Assembly (NCBI RefSeq): GCF_009914755.1
Contig: NC_060926.1
Length of the DNA stretch: 64,000 bases
Strand: one strand, 5' to 3'
Source of the DNA: the human T2T-CHM13v2.0 reference genome, Homo sapiens
Part shown: in pieces, positions 40,286 through 55,862 of the stretch
Numbering within the stretch: the first letter of the stretch is position 1
Layout of the letters: every line of letters begins with the position of its first letter
Position numbers and translations under genes: made by a program
Notes under the pieces: model-generated
Database searches by the model: none
Told to the model about the DNA's origin: nothing
Seen by the model: the letters and a program-made list of their open reading frames with translations, nothing else

Positions 40286-41442
40286 TCATAAGGAATCTCT
40301 CCTTTAGAGTGTGACAAGTTCTTATTTCCATTTCTGGTTGCCAAAGGTCAACCATCCAGTTCTGAATCAAACATCTTGGTTTGCCTCTAGCTCATCACCC
40401 TTGAATTTGGGAAAGTGGCCTGAATCATCACAAGTCTGTATGTAAAGCAGTCTGGAAAATGTATGCTGCTGTTCATCTGCGGATGTGTCTGACTTTCGAT
40501 TCTTTCCAGGCACTCAGTAGGCTTTCTCCTCCAGAATTATGACTTTTTTGCAACCTGACATACAGTAATTACAAATCAAATTCTACTCTCCTGTTACATA
40601 TTTCTGTTTCTCTTTTCTTTAAAGGTTCTGAGAGAATCGTAAAGAATAAAAGATGAAAGACCTTAGCGATCAGCTAAGAAAAATAAAACAGAATGGTGAT
40701 TCAATTGATACATTTTTGTTCCCTAGTTTGCATCTGTATATATCTGTTTGTGTATGTGTGAGAAAGTGTGTATGCATGTGTATGTGACGCCATAAGGGCC
40801 AGCAGTTTTTACTGTCTTGCTCATAAAATGATCTGAAACTTCTTTTCTTTCTTTTCCCTTTTACATGCTTTTACCTTATGTCTAGTGACACCTTATCTCT
40901 TCCCACTCTTAATGGCCTCTGCCACTAAATTCAGTAACCCAAAGATTTATTCCCAAACAAGAGTTGATCTCTGTTTTTTTGTATTTTGGAGATGTGCAAT
41001 AAACATTTCTCTATACCTTAATTGGTGGGAAGTACTTAACATATTCTCTGATGCAAAGCAGATGATGTCAACAACTTTTCTTCTAAGTATATTGGAAGAC
41101 ACTTCCTATCAACGATAGCTCAGAAAACAATAGGTTCGAATTCCTAGATCTATGAGTTGCCAGTGCACAGAAGAAAATGTAGGCATTTTCTTCTACCAAC
41201 TGAAACGTGGGTCTTAGAAAATACCTGAGCTTAAAGCTTTAGGAGGGTTTTGCAGTGTGCCAAGTTCAACCCCGGCTTAATGTGAATTTCTTTAAAATTT
41301 CTCTGCCGAATGGTTACTTGTGCCACTTCTGAGAGTTTCAGCTATTGGGGAACTCATAATCTCACAATCCAGGTTTAGAGTCTCTGGCAGTCAGCTCAGG
41401 CTGTTAGGTTCTACTCATTTGTCCAGGCCCCATCCCCTAGGC

Positions 41443-41703
41443 CAGTGGTCTCCAAACTTTTTGGCACCAGTGACTGGTTTTCTGGAAGACAATTTTGATG
41501 GTTTTGGGATGATTCAAGCACATTACATGTATTTTGCACTTTATTTCTATTATTGTTATGTACTCACCATAATGTGGAATCAGTGGGAACCCTGAGCTTA
41601 TTTTCTTGCAACTAGATGGTCCCATCTTTGGGGGATGGGAGGCAGTGAAAGATCGTCAGGCATTAGAGTCTCATAAGGAATGCACAACCTAGATCCCTCA
41701 CAT
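41443..41703 (+). mobile_element. MER1A-like hAT-Charlie fragment
   Basis: cagtggtctccaaactttttggcaccag...gatgattcaagcacattac...caactagatggtcccatct...tctcataaggaatgcacaacctagatccctc. Confidence 0.8.
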
Positions 41704-44231
41704 TGGATATTAATACTATTGTACATAAAATTTGAGTTCAAGTTTGCTATATATTTGTAACTTGGACTACTGGACTGTTCTTGGATGGAGAAGACACTAT
41801 ACAGGCCCCATTAGCCATCCCTACCCGCTTCTTCCAAGCCACAGCTAATCTGTGGGCCATACTGTCCCACGGGACTAGTGCTACTTCTTAAGGGGTTTGG
41901 GCCAGGTGATGTGTGACAGTATTGTAAAGGGCGTCAAGAAGGCAACTCACTCTCTGTTAATAACTTTCAAACCTGGCTGAAATGAATGAACATCTAGATG
42001 AAATCATCCACAAAAAACAGAATGCTTACAAGCTTAAGCCATTATGGTCTTTGTTGGGGTGGTTAACATAGCACAAGAAATATTTAACGTGACAGAAATA
42101 TTTCTCAGCAAATGTAGCCACTGTCCAAATGAAAAACGGATTCACTAAGGAGTTCTAGCTCCATGCAAGTTCGATTATTACCAAAACAAATCTGTTTAAA
42201 GCTGAAAATTGATGGCTTTAGTGTCTCTTGTTCCTAAAAAAAAATCCGCTATATGAATTGGGTGTTCCTAAATTACAGTTTAATGTAATTAGTCATGTGT
42301 GTTTTTGCCCCAAGCTTGGTTGTTTATAAAATAACTCCAAGTTAGGGTAAGAATCTTGAAATTCAGAGTGTTCTCTTACCCTTAACTAATTGTAGGACTG
42401 ACAGAATTCCAAGCTCCCGAAATAGGGAAACATTCCCTGTAGACTTGAATACCTAAGAAATAAGGCTTTGTCAAGTAGAATTGGTACTCAGCAAGTGTAG
42501 ATACCTCCTGCTAGTGTAGATGGTTTAGTTACAGTGGGAAGTATGTGGGCACACCAGGTTCTAAGACTGGCCTGAGGACTCTGATAACACTTTGTAAATA
42601 TCACCAGCTGTGTCTAAATTAGCCTCCTGTAGTGTGGGAAGCTGAGTCGTGAAGCAACTGTTTGGGCAGTGATAACCCTATAATTTTTAACAGACATATC
42701 AATGTTATGTCCTAGAGAATGTTAACATGTATATAAAGGGTAAATGTATACCCAAGTCTGCTCCACATGCAGAGGGGCATAAATGCTGCCCAGAGCCTCT
42801 TAAGATGCTGCTATGATTCATCTATGAATGCAGGTTCACTTACTGAGTGTTACTTTTATGCATGTAGGTAAAAGTGTACATCCCACTTAGTCTTCATCCT
42901 CCCAGGAGCCTGCTGCAGTAGGTATTATTTTCTCTGTTTTAGAGATGAAGAATCTGAGGCTCACACCATTTAAATGACTTGCTTATGAGATCTAAAACTC
43001 TGTCACCTCGCTACAATTACATGACCCATGGTTTCCATAGAGAAAAATCTCTGTGGTTTGTACAGCAAAAATTCATTCTGATAAAATGTAAGCTCACTTA
43101 GCATTGTTTTACGAAAAGTGTAATTGGGAAATGTCTCTCCTCCTTAAATTAACTCTCTGGATATGATATAATACACAAAATACTATATTGTTCTTTCAGA
43201 GAATGAATGGCTGGCTCAATTTTATTCTTCCTGGAATTTTATTTAAAAAAATGCATCTTTATGCAAATCCTCTATTCGTGATTTATTTCAGCCTCATTGG
43301 GAAGTGGGATTCTCCTCATTTTGGTGGCAAACATCTGTCTCTCTGGGCAGCAAATGGAAAGGACGCTGGCTCTACAGCAATGACAATAACACTCTCATAA
43401 CTCTTTTCCTGATCTCAGGATCTCCTGAATGGACTCTGTTCTGAACATAGGGTTTGAAAGTTGACGTTTGAGCAAAGTGGTGATGCAAATTGAGTAACAG
43501 TCTAATGATGGCCTCGGTTTGCACAATACAAAGTGATGGCAGTTGCTCAAGGCACCCCTCATCTGCCTGTTCCTCTTTCCTTCTTTCTGTTGTGATTTTT
43601 TAACGAGATCTCAGTAAACACGGCCCTCCACTGACCGTAAGGTCCCATGATTTACTTGCTCTTGGCCACCTCACAGATCCTGTGTGCCTCAGTTTCTCCT
43701 TCTGGAAAATGGGCATAGTCAAAACCAACTTTCTCTTTTGTGCTATTGGAAAGGTATAAACAAGATTTTTAAGAGAAGTTATATGCTTACATATAGTAAA
43801 CTTAGTTTTGGCTTGAGGGAAATTAGCTGATTGGTGGAATTCAGATGGAGCATCTCCTTCCCTCACTGCTCCTGAACACTTCTATTAGAGGGTAAGTAGG
43901 CTAAGGTGGGTGCTGACAATCTTGTTTGTCTGTCTGCCATGGCTTTCTTGTCTCTCATAAATAGTAACCATGCATCACGATGTTGTGATGTTTTTCTTCA
44001 ATATCAGCCATCTGGAAAATCTCTCTTTCCCTCCTATTGTCAATAAGTCAGTGGCCTATCTTTTTTATTTGGTCAAGGCCTGGTGCATATTCTATTAAGT
44101 CTGTAGGTTTGAACTCTAAAATATTTTGGGTCACTGTTTTGCACCTCAAGCCCAGGCTGAACCCCTAACCTGGACCTCTAGGAAATCTTCAAAGGGAATG
44201 GGATGGTTGGAAGACTGACTTTATTAGTGCC

Positions 44232-44590
44232 ACTCATTTCTTTAGTAAGTATTTATTGTCAACTTATGTATCAGGCACAGTTCTAGGCATTGCAAATGCA
44301 GAAAAATAAGATCCCTGATCTCATAGAATTTCCATTCTGGCAAGGGGAGATAGTAATCAAAGTAAACAAATAACAAATATAATATGTAATAATTTCAGAT
44401 ACTGATATGAGTTATGAATATAATGAAGTCTGGTGACTGGGAGGCCGAGAAACCCCTCTGAGCAGTTGACATGTGAGCTAAGACTTTAGTGAGGAGAAAT
44501 AATCGGATATGGAGGGAAAGTATTCCATGCAGAGAAAATATCTCATGCACAACTATGTAGAGAACAGAAATATGCCTGTGTCCTACTGGC
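44232..44590. mobile_element. L2 fragment
   Basis: cactcatttctttagtaagtatttattg...caggcacagttctaggcattg...ccctgatctcatagaatttccattctgg. Confidence 0.7.
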
Positions 44591-47367
44591 ATTAAGCTTT
44601 GGGAGGCAAGTGTGACAAGATGGAAAGAGGATTGACTTGGGAATCAGAACTTGTGGGTCAGGGTGGGAATCCCAACTTCAATTTCTCCATTTCTTGTAAA
44701 TGGGTTCATGAGTAGCTACTGCACGAGGCTGCTGTGGGGCTTATGTGGATATAAAACAACTATTCACCAATTGGGAGACCATTTGGTCACTCAGTGCTGC
44801 TAAGGTGTTGGTCAGGAAAGCTTCAATCTTTGCTTTGTCTAATCCTAAGGCATCACATCACCAAGAAGCCCATTGGTCAGTAGGTAACATCAGAGGGCAG
44901 ACATGGAGTATCTGATGGTTAAGGCGTTGGTTCTACAACTCCAGAAGAAAAATGAGCAATGCTTTATGGTGCAGCAGGAGCCTTGGGTTCTAAAACAGTC
45001 TCTCTGTGATCTTGGAGGAGACTCCCTCTCTCTGTTCTCAGGTTCTTATTTGTTAAAAAAAAAAAAAAAAAAAAAGGCAAGGGGAGGTTAGAATCACTGC
45101 TCCTTTCCAGCTCGGGGCCAGGATTCTAAGATGCTCTATCTAACAGGCCATAAGACACAACACCCAGCCAGACCTGACCAGGCAAAGGCAAGGCAAGGGA
45201 GAAGCATGCGGTGGGATGTATGTGCCAAGGTTGGTTCACGCGAGTGGCTTTTCATTGCAGGAGTTGGAAAGACAAGGTCTTTATCAAGAGAGCAGGCTGT
45301 GAACAGCAAGAAGTAATGCTGCCAGTCACTTTTATGTGGCTCCTCTCTGCCTATGGAGAGTGTTTGTGTGTGGTGGAGGGTGGCTATGGTTTCTCTTCCT
45401 TCCACTTCTTTGGGTTAGGCTGCAATGTTTCCCCTACTGAAAACAGCATACAAAGGCTCCCGACTGGGGATGAAAAGTCCCCTCATGCCTCACACCTTGA
45501 TTTGCAAGCAACAACTAAAACTGTATTCACATTGCAGCAGCCCATGCCAACAAAAGAGCTCTTGGACCCAGTGATGGCACATTGTTTGCAGAGCAGAGCT
45601 GCTGCCACCCCACACAAAACTGCGTTAGAGACACGACTTCGGGCATACAAATAAGAGTGCTGAATCATTCTAGAGCCCTTCAATACGGTGTTTTCCTCAA
45701 GATTTTATAATACGCAATTTAAGAGAAGAACAGACCAATGAGCCAATATTCTTTTCAGAAACATCAGCTAAAGCATATCCAGAGGCCAGAAAATAATTGC
45801 TTTTTTTCTCCCACCCTCTCGTACTTCCACCTTTGTTTCTGGCCTGCCTTGTTCTGGAAGTGGAAACTGTAGCTACCTGATTCAACATTTTCTCCTGCTA
45901 CTGCTGCATTTTTAGATCGACAGATATCCTAAATTTGCTTTGCTCACCTACTAGTATGTCCCTAGAATATCTCCCATAAATAGTTTATATCTGGAACTTA
46001 CTCTGTCTTTCTTCTTAGTCATGTCCTCCGCTTTTCCTCTTAGGATCATCATTATCAGCTACATAACAGTGAAATTTTACTAAGAATACTTAAGAACACT
46101 GAGAGAAAATGTCATTTTATATTTGCATGTCCAATTTGCAAATACACAGATAAATATATCTTATGTGTACAAATATGTGAAAGTTCACATCTCCATGTCA
46201 AGTGATACGAAGTTTGACATAGAGAAAACAAATGTCTCAAACTCCTTTTGAAACATGGCGTGTGTATGGTGCGTGTGTGTGTGTGTGTGTATGTATTTAT
46301 ATAGATTGTTTTCTAGATCAGACACAGTATGATGATGTCTTTTAATCCAGTTATATACGGATTGGAAAACTTTAATTCACAAATAAATGTATTCATTCTT
46401 TATAAAACAAAGACTTAGCATTGCCAAGCGCTGTCTTAGTGCCAAGCACTGTCTTAGGTGTTAGAGAAATAGCGATGAACAGGGCAGATTTGCGGTTGTT
46501 GTTGTTTTTTTTTATTTAGATTCTTCCTACTTCTAAGAGGACTTGAGCAGATCTGTTCCTATTAATAGAGCATAAGATATTTTAAGACAAAAATAGGACA
46601 AAAAATGTCTGAAGCAGAAATAAAGGATGCTTTTAGTCACCTGAGTTGACTGAATTTTGAACACGTAGATTAAAAAAAGACTGTGCTTTCCAATGGCCAA
46701 AGCAATTTAGAAACCATTGAATTATATAGTTATGATCTTCCAGTTGCAAGGTGACAAAAATTAATTTTCTAGGGAAAAAAGCTTCTCTTTAGGAATTTAT
46801 CATGTTTTCTTTAAAGTTTAGTGAGTGGCATTGTGAGGTTTTATAAAAGATAAAGTACTAGTTTTCAAATGTCATACATTAAAGATAAAAATTAAAATTA
46901 CAGGTAAGTTAAACTCCAATGAGGGCAGTTTTAAAAGAGGCTCTGATAAGAACTTTAAGATTTACTTTGTGATATCCAATTCTCATCAAGGATGAATGGC
47001 TATTGAATTCACTTAATGTGACCATTAAACAGTGTATTTTAAGCACCAAATGTCTTAAGTGACATATTGTGAAGTCAGTGTAATTACACACTTTAACATG
47101 TATTCTAAGGTAGGTATTGCATCTTGATTAAAGTTAGAGCCCTAAATTTCTTTCTTTTTGTTAATAAAAAGGAAATTCTTTATTGGGGGCATGACATGCA
47201 CAGAAAGTATGTATTTCTTGAAAGGTACTTGAATCTTTTGTATCACTCTCTTACATAAATTCTGGTGCAGCAAACAACCTTCCAATATATAGTTGTTTAT
47301 GTGCAATGAATACAGGTTAGAAAAACCTCCAACATAGTAAAACAACAGATAAATAGAGTTAATGTGA

Positions 47368-47719
<352 letters not shown>

Positions 47720-47820
47720 TCCTCTGCAGTTTTGAATAAGATGGGTCTACCAAGAAAAGCAGGGTGGCAGCTTGGGTGGGACACTCAGCAAGACCTGGAT
47801 GTGTAATAATTACATAGAAG

Positions 47821-47989
47821 CCAGGCATGGTGGTGCCTGCCTGTAGTCCCAGCTACTCAGGAGGGTGACACTGGAGGATCACTTGAGCCCAGGAGTTCAA
47901 GGGTACAGTGAGCTATGACATGCCACTATGATGTGCCACTGCAGTAGTCCAGCCTGGGCAATGGAGGAGACCCCATCTTTTTTAAAAAA
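47821..47989 (+). mobile_element. Alu monomer (FRAM / AluJ right arm)
   Basis: ccaggcatggtggtgcctgcctgtagtcccagctactcagg...ggatcacttgagcccaggagttc, flanked by ATAGAAG repeats. Confidence 0.88.
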
Positions 47990-49285
47990 ATAGAAGAGAG
48001 ACTATAACTGAGATTTCAAATTTCCAAATTCAATTTTGTCAGTACATTTCAAACCGAGAAAATGTCCTAAATGTAATGAACTAGCTTACATTTTAAAAAA
48101 ATATCACTTACAAGGATGGACTGGATAATTTAAAGATACCTGTGAAGTAAAATTAGTAGTAATTTGTGTGATAATTTAGAACTCTAAATTTCAAATAGCA
48201 GTTACACGGAAAGCAAGTTGGCATTTTATTTATGAGAATGAAGGGTCTTTAAGAGACCCTTTAGTATTTCCATGTCCTAAAGACAACTCACAAGGTCATC
48301 TCTTCTAATGCTATTAACTCACAGGGGAGGTTAGAGGTCTTGTCCAGAGCCCCATAACTAATTGGTGGCTGCACCAGAATTCATTGAACTCAAGTATCTA
48401 GAGAAGCCAAAGATTCCAACAAATAAAGAATTTAAACACTTTATTTGTCATCCATGTTATATGTACTCTGTATCACAGAGAATGGGAATCTTTTAACTCT
48501 ACACTGAAACAAGGAATAAGAGCTAAGTTGGATGGCAGCAGTGTTGCTCATATCTCCTGTTGGTTTCAAATAACTACTATTTGACCTTTGTTCCTACCTT
48601 TTTCAAGCATGCCAGTGATTCCAAGCCTGAAACAACCTACCTACCTAGATAACTAATAATATCACAGAGAAAGAGCAGGAGCTTGGAGAAAAGGCTGGGC
48701 ATTGATTCCATTTTGTTTCATAAGACCTGACACAATTTCTAGCTCCAGATATAAATACAATTCCTACACCACAAAAACATTCCTTATGATGGGATTTAGT
48801 CTGGACTTTCTAGGAAATCCAGTAACTGATCCTGCCTACTTTCTAGGACTGATTCTATTCTTCCTGGTCCTTCTGCACTTCTGTCCCAGGCTTGCACACT
48901 CATTTCCAAACCCTTACCTTCCCCATGTGTAACTGAGATTAAAAGACTTGTTAACTTCATCCCTTTTGTCCTGAATTAACTCATCTGAAATGTGAGCACT
49001 TGAAACCTAAACTAAAGTTGTAGGAGGAACACCTAGGATTGAGCTGAAAGCCTACTGGAATTAGACTCACGATGATGGGGTTTCATATTCCAGCTAATCA
49101 CTTGCTAGTTGTGTGACCCTACACAAGTTACGTAACCCCTCTGGGCCTCAGGATCCATAGTTGTTAACTTTGGGAAAAATGACATAGCTCAGAATATAGG
49201 TGAAGAACAGAAATAATGCCTACAAAGTACCAGCCGTGTCATAGAAGCCAAATGGTAACATTAAACAAAAAGTGGGCCACAATTT

Positions 49286-49628
<343 letters not shown>

Positions 49629-49671
49629 AAAGTGGGCCACAATTTCACACTCATATGTCTTTGACAAAGTT

Positions 49672-49906
49672 TTCTTTTTTGTTTTTGGAGTTAGGGTCTT
49701 ACTCTGTAGCCTAGGCAGTCTAGTGGTACAATCACAGCTCACTGCAGCCTTGAACTCCTGGGCTCAGGTGATCCTACTGCCTTAGCCTCCTGAGTAGCTG
49801 AGACTACAGGCATGCACTATCACACCCGGCTAATTTTTTATTTTTTTGTAGAGATGGGGTTTCACTATGTTGCATAGGCTGGTTTTGAACTCCTTGGCTC
49901 AAGTGA
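49672..49906 (-). mobile_element. 5'-truncated AluJ
   Basis: atcacagctcactgcagccttgaactcctgggctcaggtgatcct... Confidence 0.85.
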
Positions 49907-50042
49907 GAAACTTTCTTAGGACAGTTCTACCTACTTTTGCTCATGAGACTAGCATCCTTCTTCATGAACCTCAGTCAACATATGATTTTAGACAAAGGAA
50001 AATTATGAATGTTGATATCACATAAGAAAAAGGGCAAAATGA

Positions 50043-50430
<388 letters not shown>

Positions 50431-51737
50431 CTAGCAGAATTTTTAACTGCTTAAATTGGATTTTCAGATGACCTAAGGCTACCACAAGGATTAAGTAATG
50501 ACAATTTCCCCATAGTAATGATGTTCAATAACAGACGAGATGCTGAAAAGTCTCCTGCTTAGACCAGATTTCATGGCAATCCCTTGAAACTCATTTGAGG
50601 TACCATTTTTATTAAGACTTTTAGAGTAGATTAGCCTTCAGGCTGATAGTCAAGTGAATTATTGTCCAGGGGACCACTGAGTTGACAGTATTTTATATTA
50701 AATAATTGAGGATATTAATCCACAAAGCATGCATGGATGGACTGATGACAGAAGCGTCCTTTAAACTGAACTAGTATCCATATTGGACTGGTGGGCTAAG
50801 GTGACATGCCCTCTACTTATTTATTTAGCTGGAACTGGGTCACTTTAATTTGCTGTGAAATGTAGTGAGTGTGGACAGGTCAGCAGCATGCACCAGCTGG
50901 GCCTCATGTAGAATGTCTTCCCTTGTACTGTAGAAGATTCCACTGGCATTCCCGAGATCCAATTATGTAACAGGAAGATAGGCACTTCTGAATCATCATC
51001 TCACTTGGCTTTCTTTGAGGCTAAACTTCAACTCTCCTCTAATCCCCTTCCTTCTAGAAGAACAGAAGTGAAGTGTATGCTGCTATTGTGCTGAATATTT
51101 AGTTTAGGCAAGCCAGAGGATGGGCAAGATATGCTTTTCCATTGTCAAAATCCAACGGGCCATGAAGCAAAATCCCCATCAGGGCTACTGTAGGACTATA
51201 ATGGCCATCGACAGAGCTCCCATGTTTCAGTATTGGATGGTATCTTAGAGCTAGCCTAGTCCAACTCTCTCCTTTTCCTGATGATGAAACCAAAAATCAG
51301 AAGTGTTAAATTCTTTGCCAAGATTATACAGTTGGTAAGAGACAGAACCAAAACTGCTGGAGTTTTTTTTTTTTTGAGTCACTTTTGAGTATTCTTTCGT
51401 TATAAAGATGCCAATACATACTATGTCTGATATGCAAATGGATATGTCAAAAGTAAAACAATTTCAGGAAACTCTTTAATGCTGGATATTTAACATTAGG
51501 TAAAAGAGGGAGGAGTGTGTTGACTTCAAAGAATGTCACAAATTACTAGGCAGGATAAGCCTATGGGTGCACCTAGGAAAACAAATTCTTCCCTTTGTTC
51601 TTCAGGGAATTGACTGGCATCCTCCCCAAGGAACTTGTGCACTGGACTATAAGGAGACCTAACAAATATTAAGGAAAAAAAAAAAACATTTCTATTTCAA
51701 GCTGCGGCTCCAATATCCAAACAAATATCTACTATAT

Positions 51738-51897
51738 AATGTGCATGTCTATGTATGCATGTTTTGTGTATCTTTGTCTTTGTATGTGTGTATGCCTCTG
51801 TGTACGTGCATACCTGATTTGTATGTGTGTGTCTGTGTTCGCACAATGCATGCATGTTTCTGCGTACCTGTGTATACGTGTGTTCTACATGTGTGTT
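51738..51897 (+). repeat. Degenerate (TG/TA/CA)n low-complexity tract
   Basis: atgtgcatgtctatgtatgcatg...tgtgtatacgtgtgttctacatgtgtgtt. Confidence 0.8.
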
Positions 51898-54800
51898 CAC
51901 TCAGGCCTCATGCACAGCAAGCAAGTGCACTCTTCATGCTGGAGAGACTGTTGGGCTGATTTGTTGCCTGGTACTGCCCCTTAACAGTTTTGCTTCTTGA
52001 GCAAGTAGTTACATTGTTTTTCCAAACCTCAGTGTTCTTATTTATAAAATGGTATGCATGATACCATGAAAGAAAGAAGTTAACCAGTGTGTTTTTAGTC
52101 CCATAGCTATTTTATTAATTAAATTGAATTAACTGCATTTGCACAAAATTTGATCATATTTTATTATAGGTTCTATAATAGAATTGCCTCCCAAACAACC
52201 AACTTTGGCGTTTCCATGTACAGATGGCCTTTGTGAAAATGCATACGGTTTAAATTAATTCTTATGGCAGCTCTATGAATAAAGCAGTTATCTCTACTTT
52301 ACATATGAGCAAACTGAGATTCTGAGGTGTGAGCGAACTGAGATCTTGAGGTGTAGTAATCTTCCTGGAGTCATCCAGGGAGGTTTTGGAAGGCAGGGAC
52401 ACAAACCCACACCTGTCTCCAAAGCCAGCCTTGCAATCATTCTCTCCTTTGCCTCACCTCTGCCCAAAGCTGTTGTGAAGAACAATATGGTGGTTGTGGA
52501 ACTGGCACTGGCATCCTGGTTCCCTTTATCCAGCTAATGTTTGCCCTCTTCTCAGACACACTTGTTTCCCTTGATACCTCAGCTGGCACACGATTTTTTA
52601 GAGTCGACTCACCATTCTGCCCTGGTAGAAGGAGAGAGATTTGGGAAAAACTCAAACTGGACAGGGAATGCTGGCTTCATGGAGAAGGGCATATGCTGGC
52701 ACACTTTAACAGCACCTCGTGGTACTGGACTTGCCTTGCAAGTTTTGACAGCCATTGAACTGCAGAACCCACTGTTCCTAGTGTTCAACCCAGGAAGAAA
52801 CAGAAGGAGAACTGCCAGGATGTAACTGCTTAATCGCTTCCTAATCTCTGGATTCTCATAAATCCTTTAACTCTTCAAATATGGAATTAAAAGAACTGGG
52901 TTTGCAGAATCATTATGGTCACAGGAGGCCCAAGTACTGAGCTATGAAATTCAGAAAAAGCAGAGGGACAAGAAGATTGCCACAGGGTTGACTTTGAAAC
53001 CAGTTTGAATACAGTTACTGAGAAAGAAAAGCAAATCCCTATTTACAAAATTATTATTTTTGTTTAGCGAGATATATTGAGTTAATTTTGCACAGAAAAT
53101 TGCATAGCAAAGAAACCTCACAGTAGAGCCCTTTAAAAGCAATTTAATATTTGTAATAAGGCAAATTGTACTGACTCTCAACTATTTAGCCATGAAATTT
53201 TAAAATCCAATGAAAGTCTGACTTCAATAAATGCTGCTTTACAAATTTTATTGCCTGTGTAACAGCCTAAGAATACTGACATTCTTTAGACAGTTAAATT
53301 TAATCATAAAGACAAATACTCAACTTTTGAAACTGCCCTTCATGTAATTGCGTATAATTTGGTGCTTTTAAAACATGGGTTTGACTTTCTGATATGTTGT
53401 TTCTCAAAATTGTAAATAAGGTCGATTTACCCAGCAGCCTGCGAATTTCTAAGCAATTGTGCCTTATTTCCAAGCGGTCATTTAGAAACATAAAGCACAA
53501 TATATTGTATGACAAGAAGACTTGAGAGGTTTCATATCTCAGTTATTAACAATTCTTCAAAAGCTCTAGGCAGGAGTTAGTTCCATCATGAAATGATGAC
53601 ACCATGGCCGCAGGTAATGTGACGCGGCCAGTCTCTCTGTGAGAGTAGGGAGCAATTTTCCTCATTTTGAAATTTCCTTCTTCTAAAGGGCAGTAGATAG
53701 CACACTGGACCAGTCTTCATTAGATATAGGATCTAAGGTCTGTTCTAAAGACATGTTGCCTCTCTCAGACTCAGATTCTTCCTTAATTATCGTAAGATAA
53801 CGATAATTATAATATTAAACACAACATATGAAAGTGTTTGCAAGTCAAAATCCACCTCTTTTAAGTAAGGCAGTATTAACATCTTTATAGTTGTTTCTCT
53901 GTATACCTATTCTCACCAGAATCAAACACATGACACTGGCCTTGTTGGCAGCATAATCCCATTCACTGTTTAAAGCTGCCCTTTTCTATTGCTATAGACT
54001 GGTCATAAAATGTTTCCTTGTTCTTGAGAGTCATAAAACTACGTGAATGAACCAACGTAAACCACTCCTCTGCTAGAAAAGCAAATTTGGCCTTAATAGG
54101 TCTATTGATGGGGTCATCTCGGCCATCTCTCTGAAATTGCAGACTCTATACGTATTTCCTGTTCCCTTCCACAGCTTTGCTTTCCTCTATGACAAACTTA
54201 TCATCATAAATATACTTTACTTTAATGTATCTGTCTGATTTACTGTATCCTCCATTAGACTGTAAGCTCCACTTGGGCAGGGGTATTTGTTGCATTCGCT
54301 GTCATGTGCCTTGCACCAAGAACAATAATTGACATAGAAAAACGAAGGAATGATGGCCAGCTTATGGTTGTTATACAAATGCTCATATACCTGCAGCTAA
54401 GAAAACAGAAATGATTAGAAATGGTTCAGTATAAGGCTTAGGATGCTTTTAATGTTTCAATTCTAATATGTCAAGGCCCATAAAAGAGTTTGTTCATTTT
54501 TAATATTTTCTACTATTGGCTTCGTCAGCAGTTTCTTATTCTAGAAATTTTTGTCTGCTTAGTTGTGTCTGTGAAGAGGGAGTATAGCTCATGCCTCATA
54601 TATTAAGCTTAGATTTATAGAAAAACATAAGAAATAAAAGAGAGTTTACCCCTCCTTCTATTAGAGCTTATATGCAAATTCCAAATCCACTCTCCTGAGC
54701 AGTTACCCACCATTTAATGTTCATAAATTCCCACTATATATTCAATTGCAAAAAACCAAAGCAAGATTATAAACACACTAATAATAAACAGGCATAAAAT

Positions 54801-55762
54801 TTTTACTACCCTCTCTTCTCACAGCACTTGGGAGATGTGTCAAATTACCCTGTGGCAGACTGGAAAAAGGGATTTGGGGTAGAAATCATGGCCCAACTGC
54901 TAGTGACGCAGTTTCCAAATTTTACAGCTTGGGAATCACTACGTATTTAGGAAACTCTACCTTTGTTAATTCGTTGCAACTGTAGAAGATGAGCCTGGAG
55001 GGATCTTTAAAGAGAGCCAGTGTAGATGGAGCAGAAGAACAGGAAAAAAAATCCAAGGACGGGGTTGCTTTCATGAATCTTTAAGAGGGACTTTCCTGTA
55101 TCGTTATACAATCACACAAAGAGTGGACAGGGTTTGACAATACAGGAAGAGCACACCTCTCTCTCTATTTAATTCCCTCATGTTTCTGACTCCGTGAGTT
55201 TGAAAAACACTTCATTTTGTAGGAACTTCCTAAATAAAACTCTGTACTTTGCTTGTGCAAGAAGAAACAGAATGTAATTCTATTTCTATTTCTAGAGCCA
55301 GTGCAAACACGTATTTGTTGAATGTTGTTGAAGAGAGTGTAAAATGATGCAGATGGTTGTGGTCAAGTGTCTTAGTGTCTTCCCTTTCCACCTAGGATTT
55401 TGCTGCTTTTTTTCTTGACCTTGACTTGGCCACCTTTGTGCTGCTTACAGGGAATTTTCCAGACAAAGCCTAGTGATTGGCTATTCGTGAATTAGAGACA
55501 CAAAACGCTTTAAATTTATCTTGTCTATTTCCAGAAAGATGCAATATAGATGGAGGAAAATGTCATGTGTGAAGACATTTGCTTCATCTAGATAGTCAAT
55601 TTAGTCTTTAAAATGTGCATACATTAACAAATAAACTTATTTCTCCCTTAATTTTGCCATGGAAGCCCTTTGGTGCTTTGCCATAGACCAAGTAGCCACA
55701 GTAGGAAAACTCAGCTCAGATTGGGCAATTTTAATTTATAATATGCAGAGAAAGGCACTCAC

Positions 55763-55862
55763 CAGCACTGACAGTGATAGCTTCAATGAACTGTTCTCTC
55801 CAGCTGTTAGTCCCAACCACAAGGGCCAGGTTTGTCTTCTTAATGAGTTTGTCCACAGTACT
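55763..55862 (-). CDS. SLC8A1: SLC8A1/NCX1 coding exon STVDKLIKKTNLALVVGTNSWREQFIEAITVSA(G)
   Basis: Acceptor ...ttttcaacatttctag|AGT, donor CTG|gtgagt. 100 nt, phase 0 to phase 1, in frame with both neighbours. Not in the ORF track. Confidence 0.97.

Noticed and set aside
45211-45654. Longest non-exon ORF (147 aa, + strand)
   Set aside because: Non-ATG start, no recognisable domain, and a length plausible by chance in 64 kb.
48241-48261. Inverted repeat AAGGGTCT-ttaag-AGACCCTT
   Set aside because: An 8-bp stem is expected by chance in a window this size.
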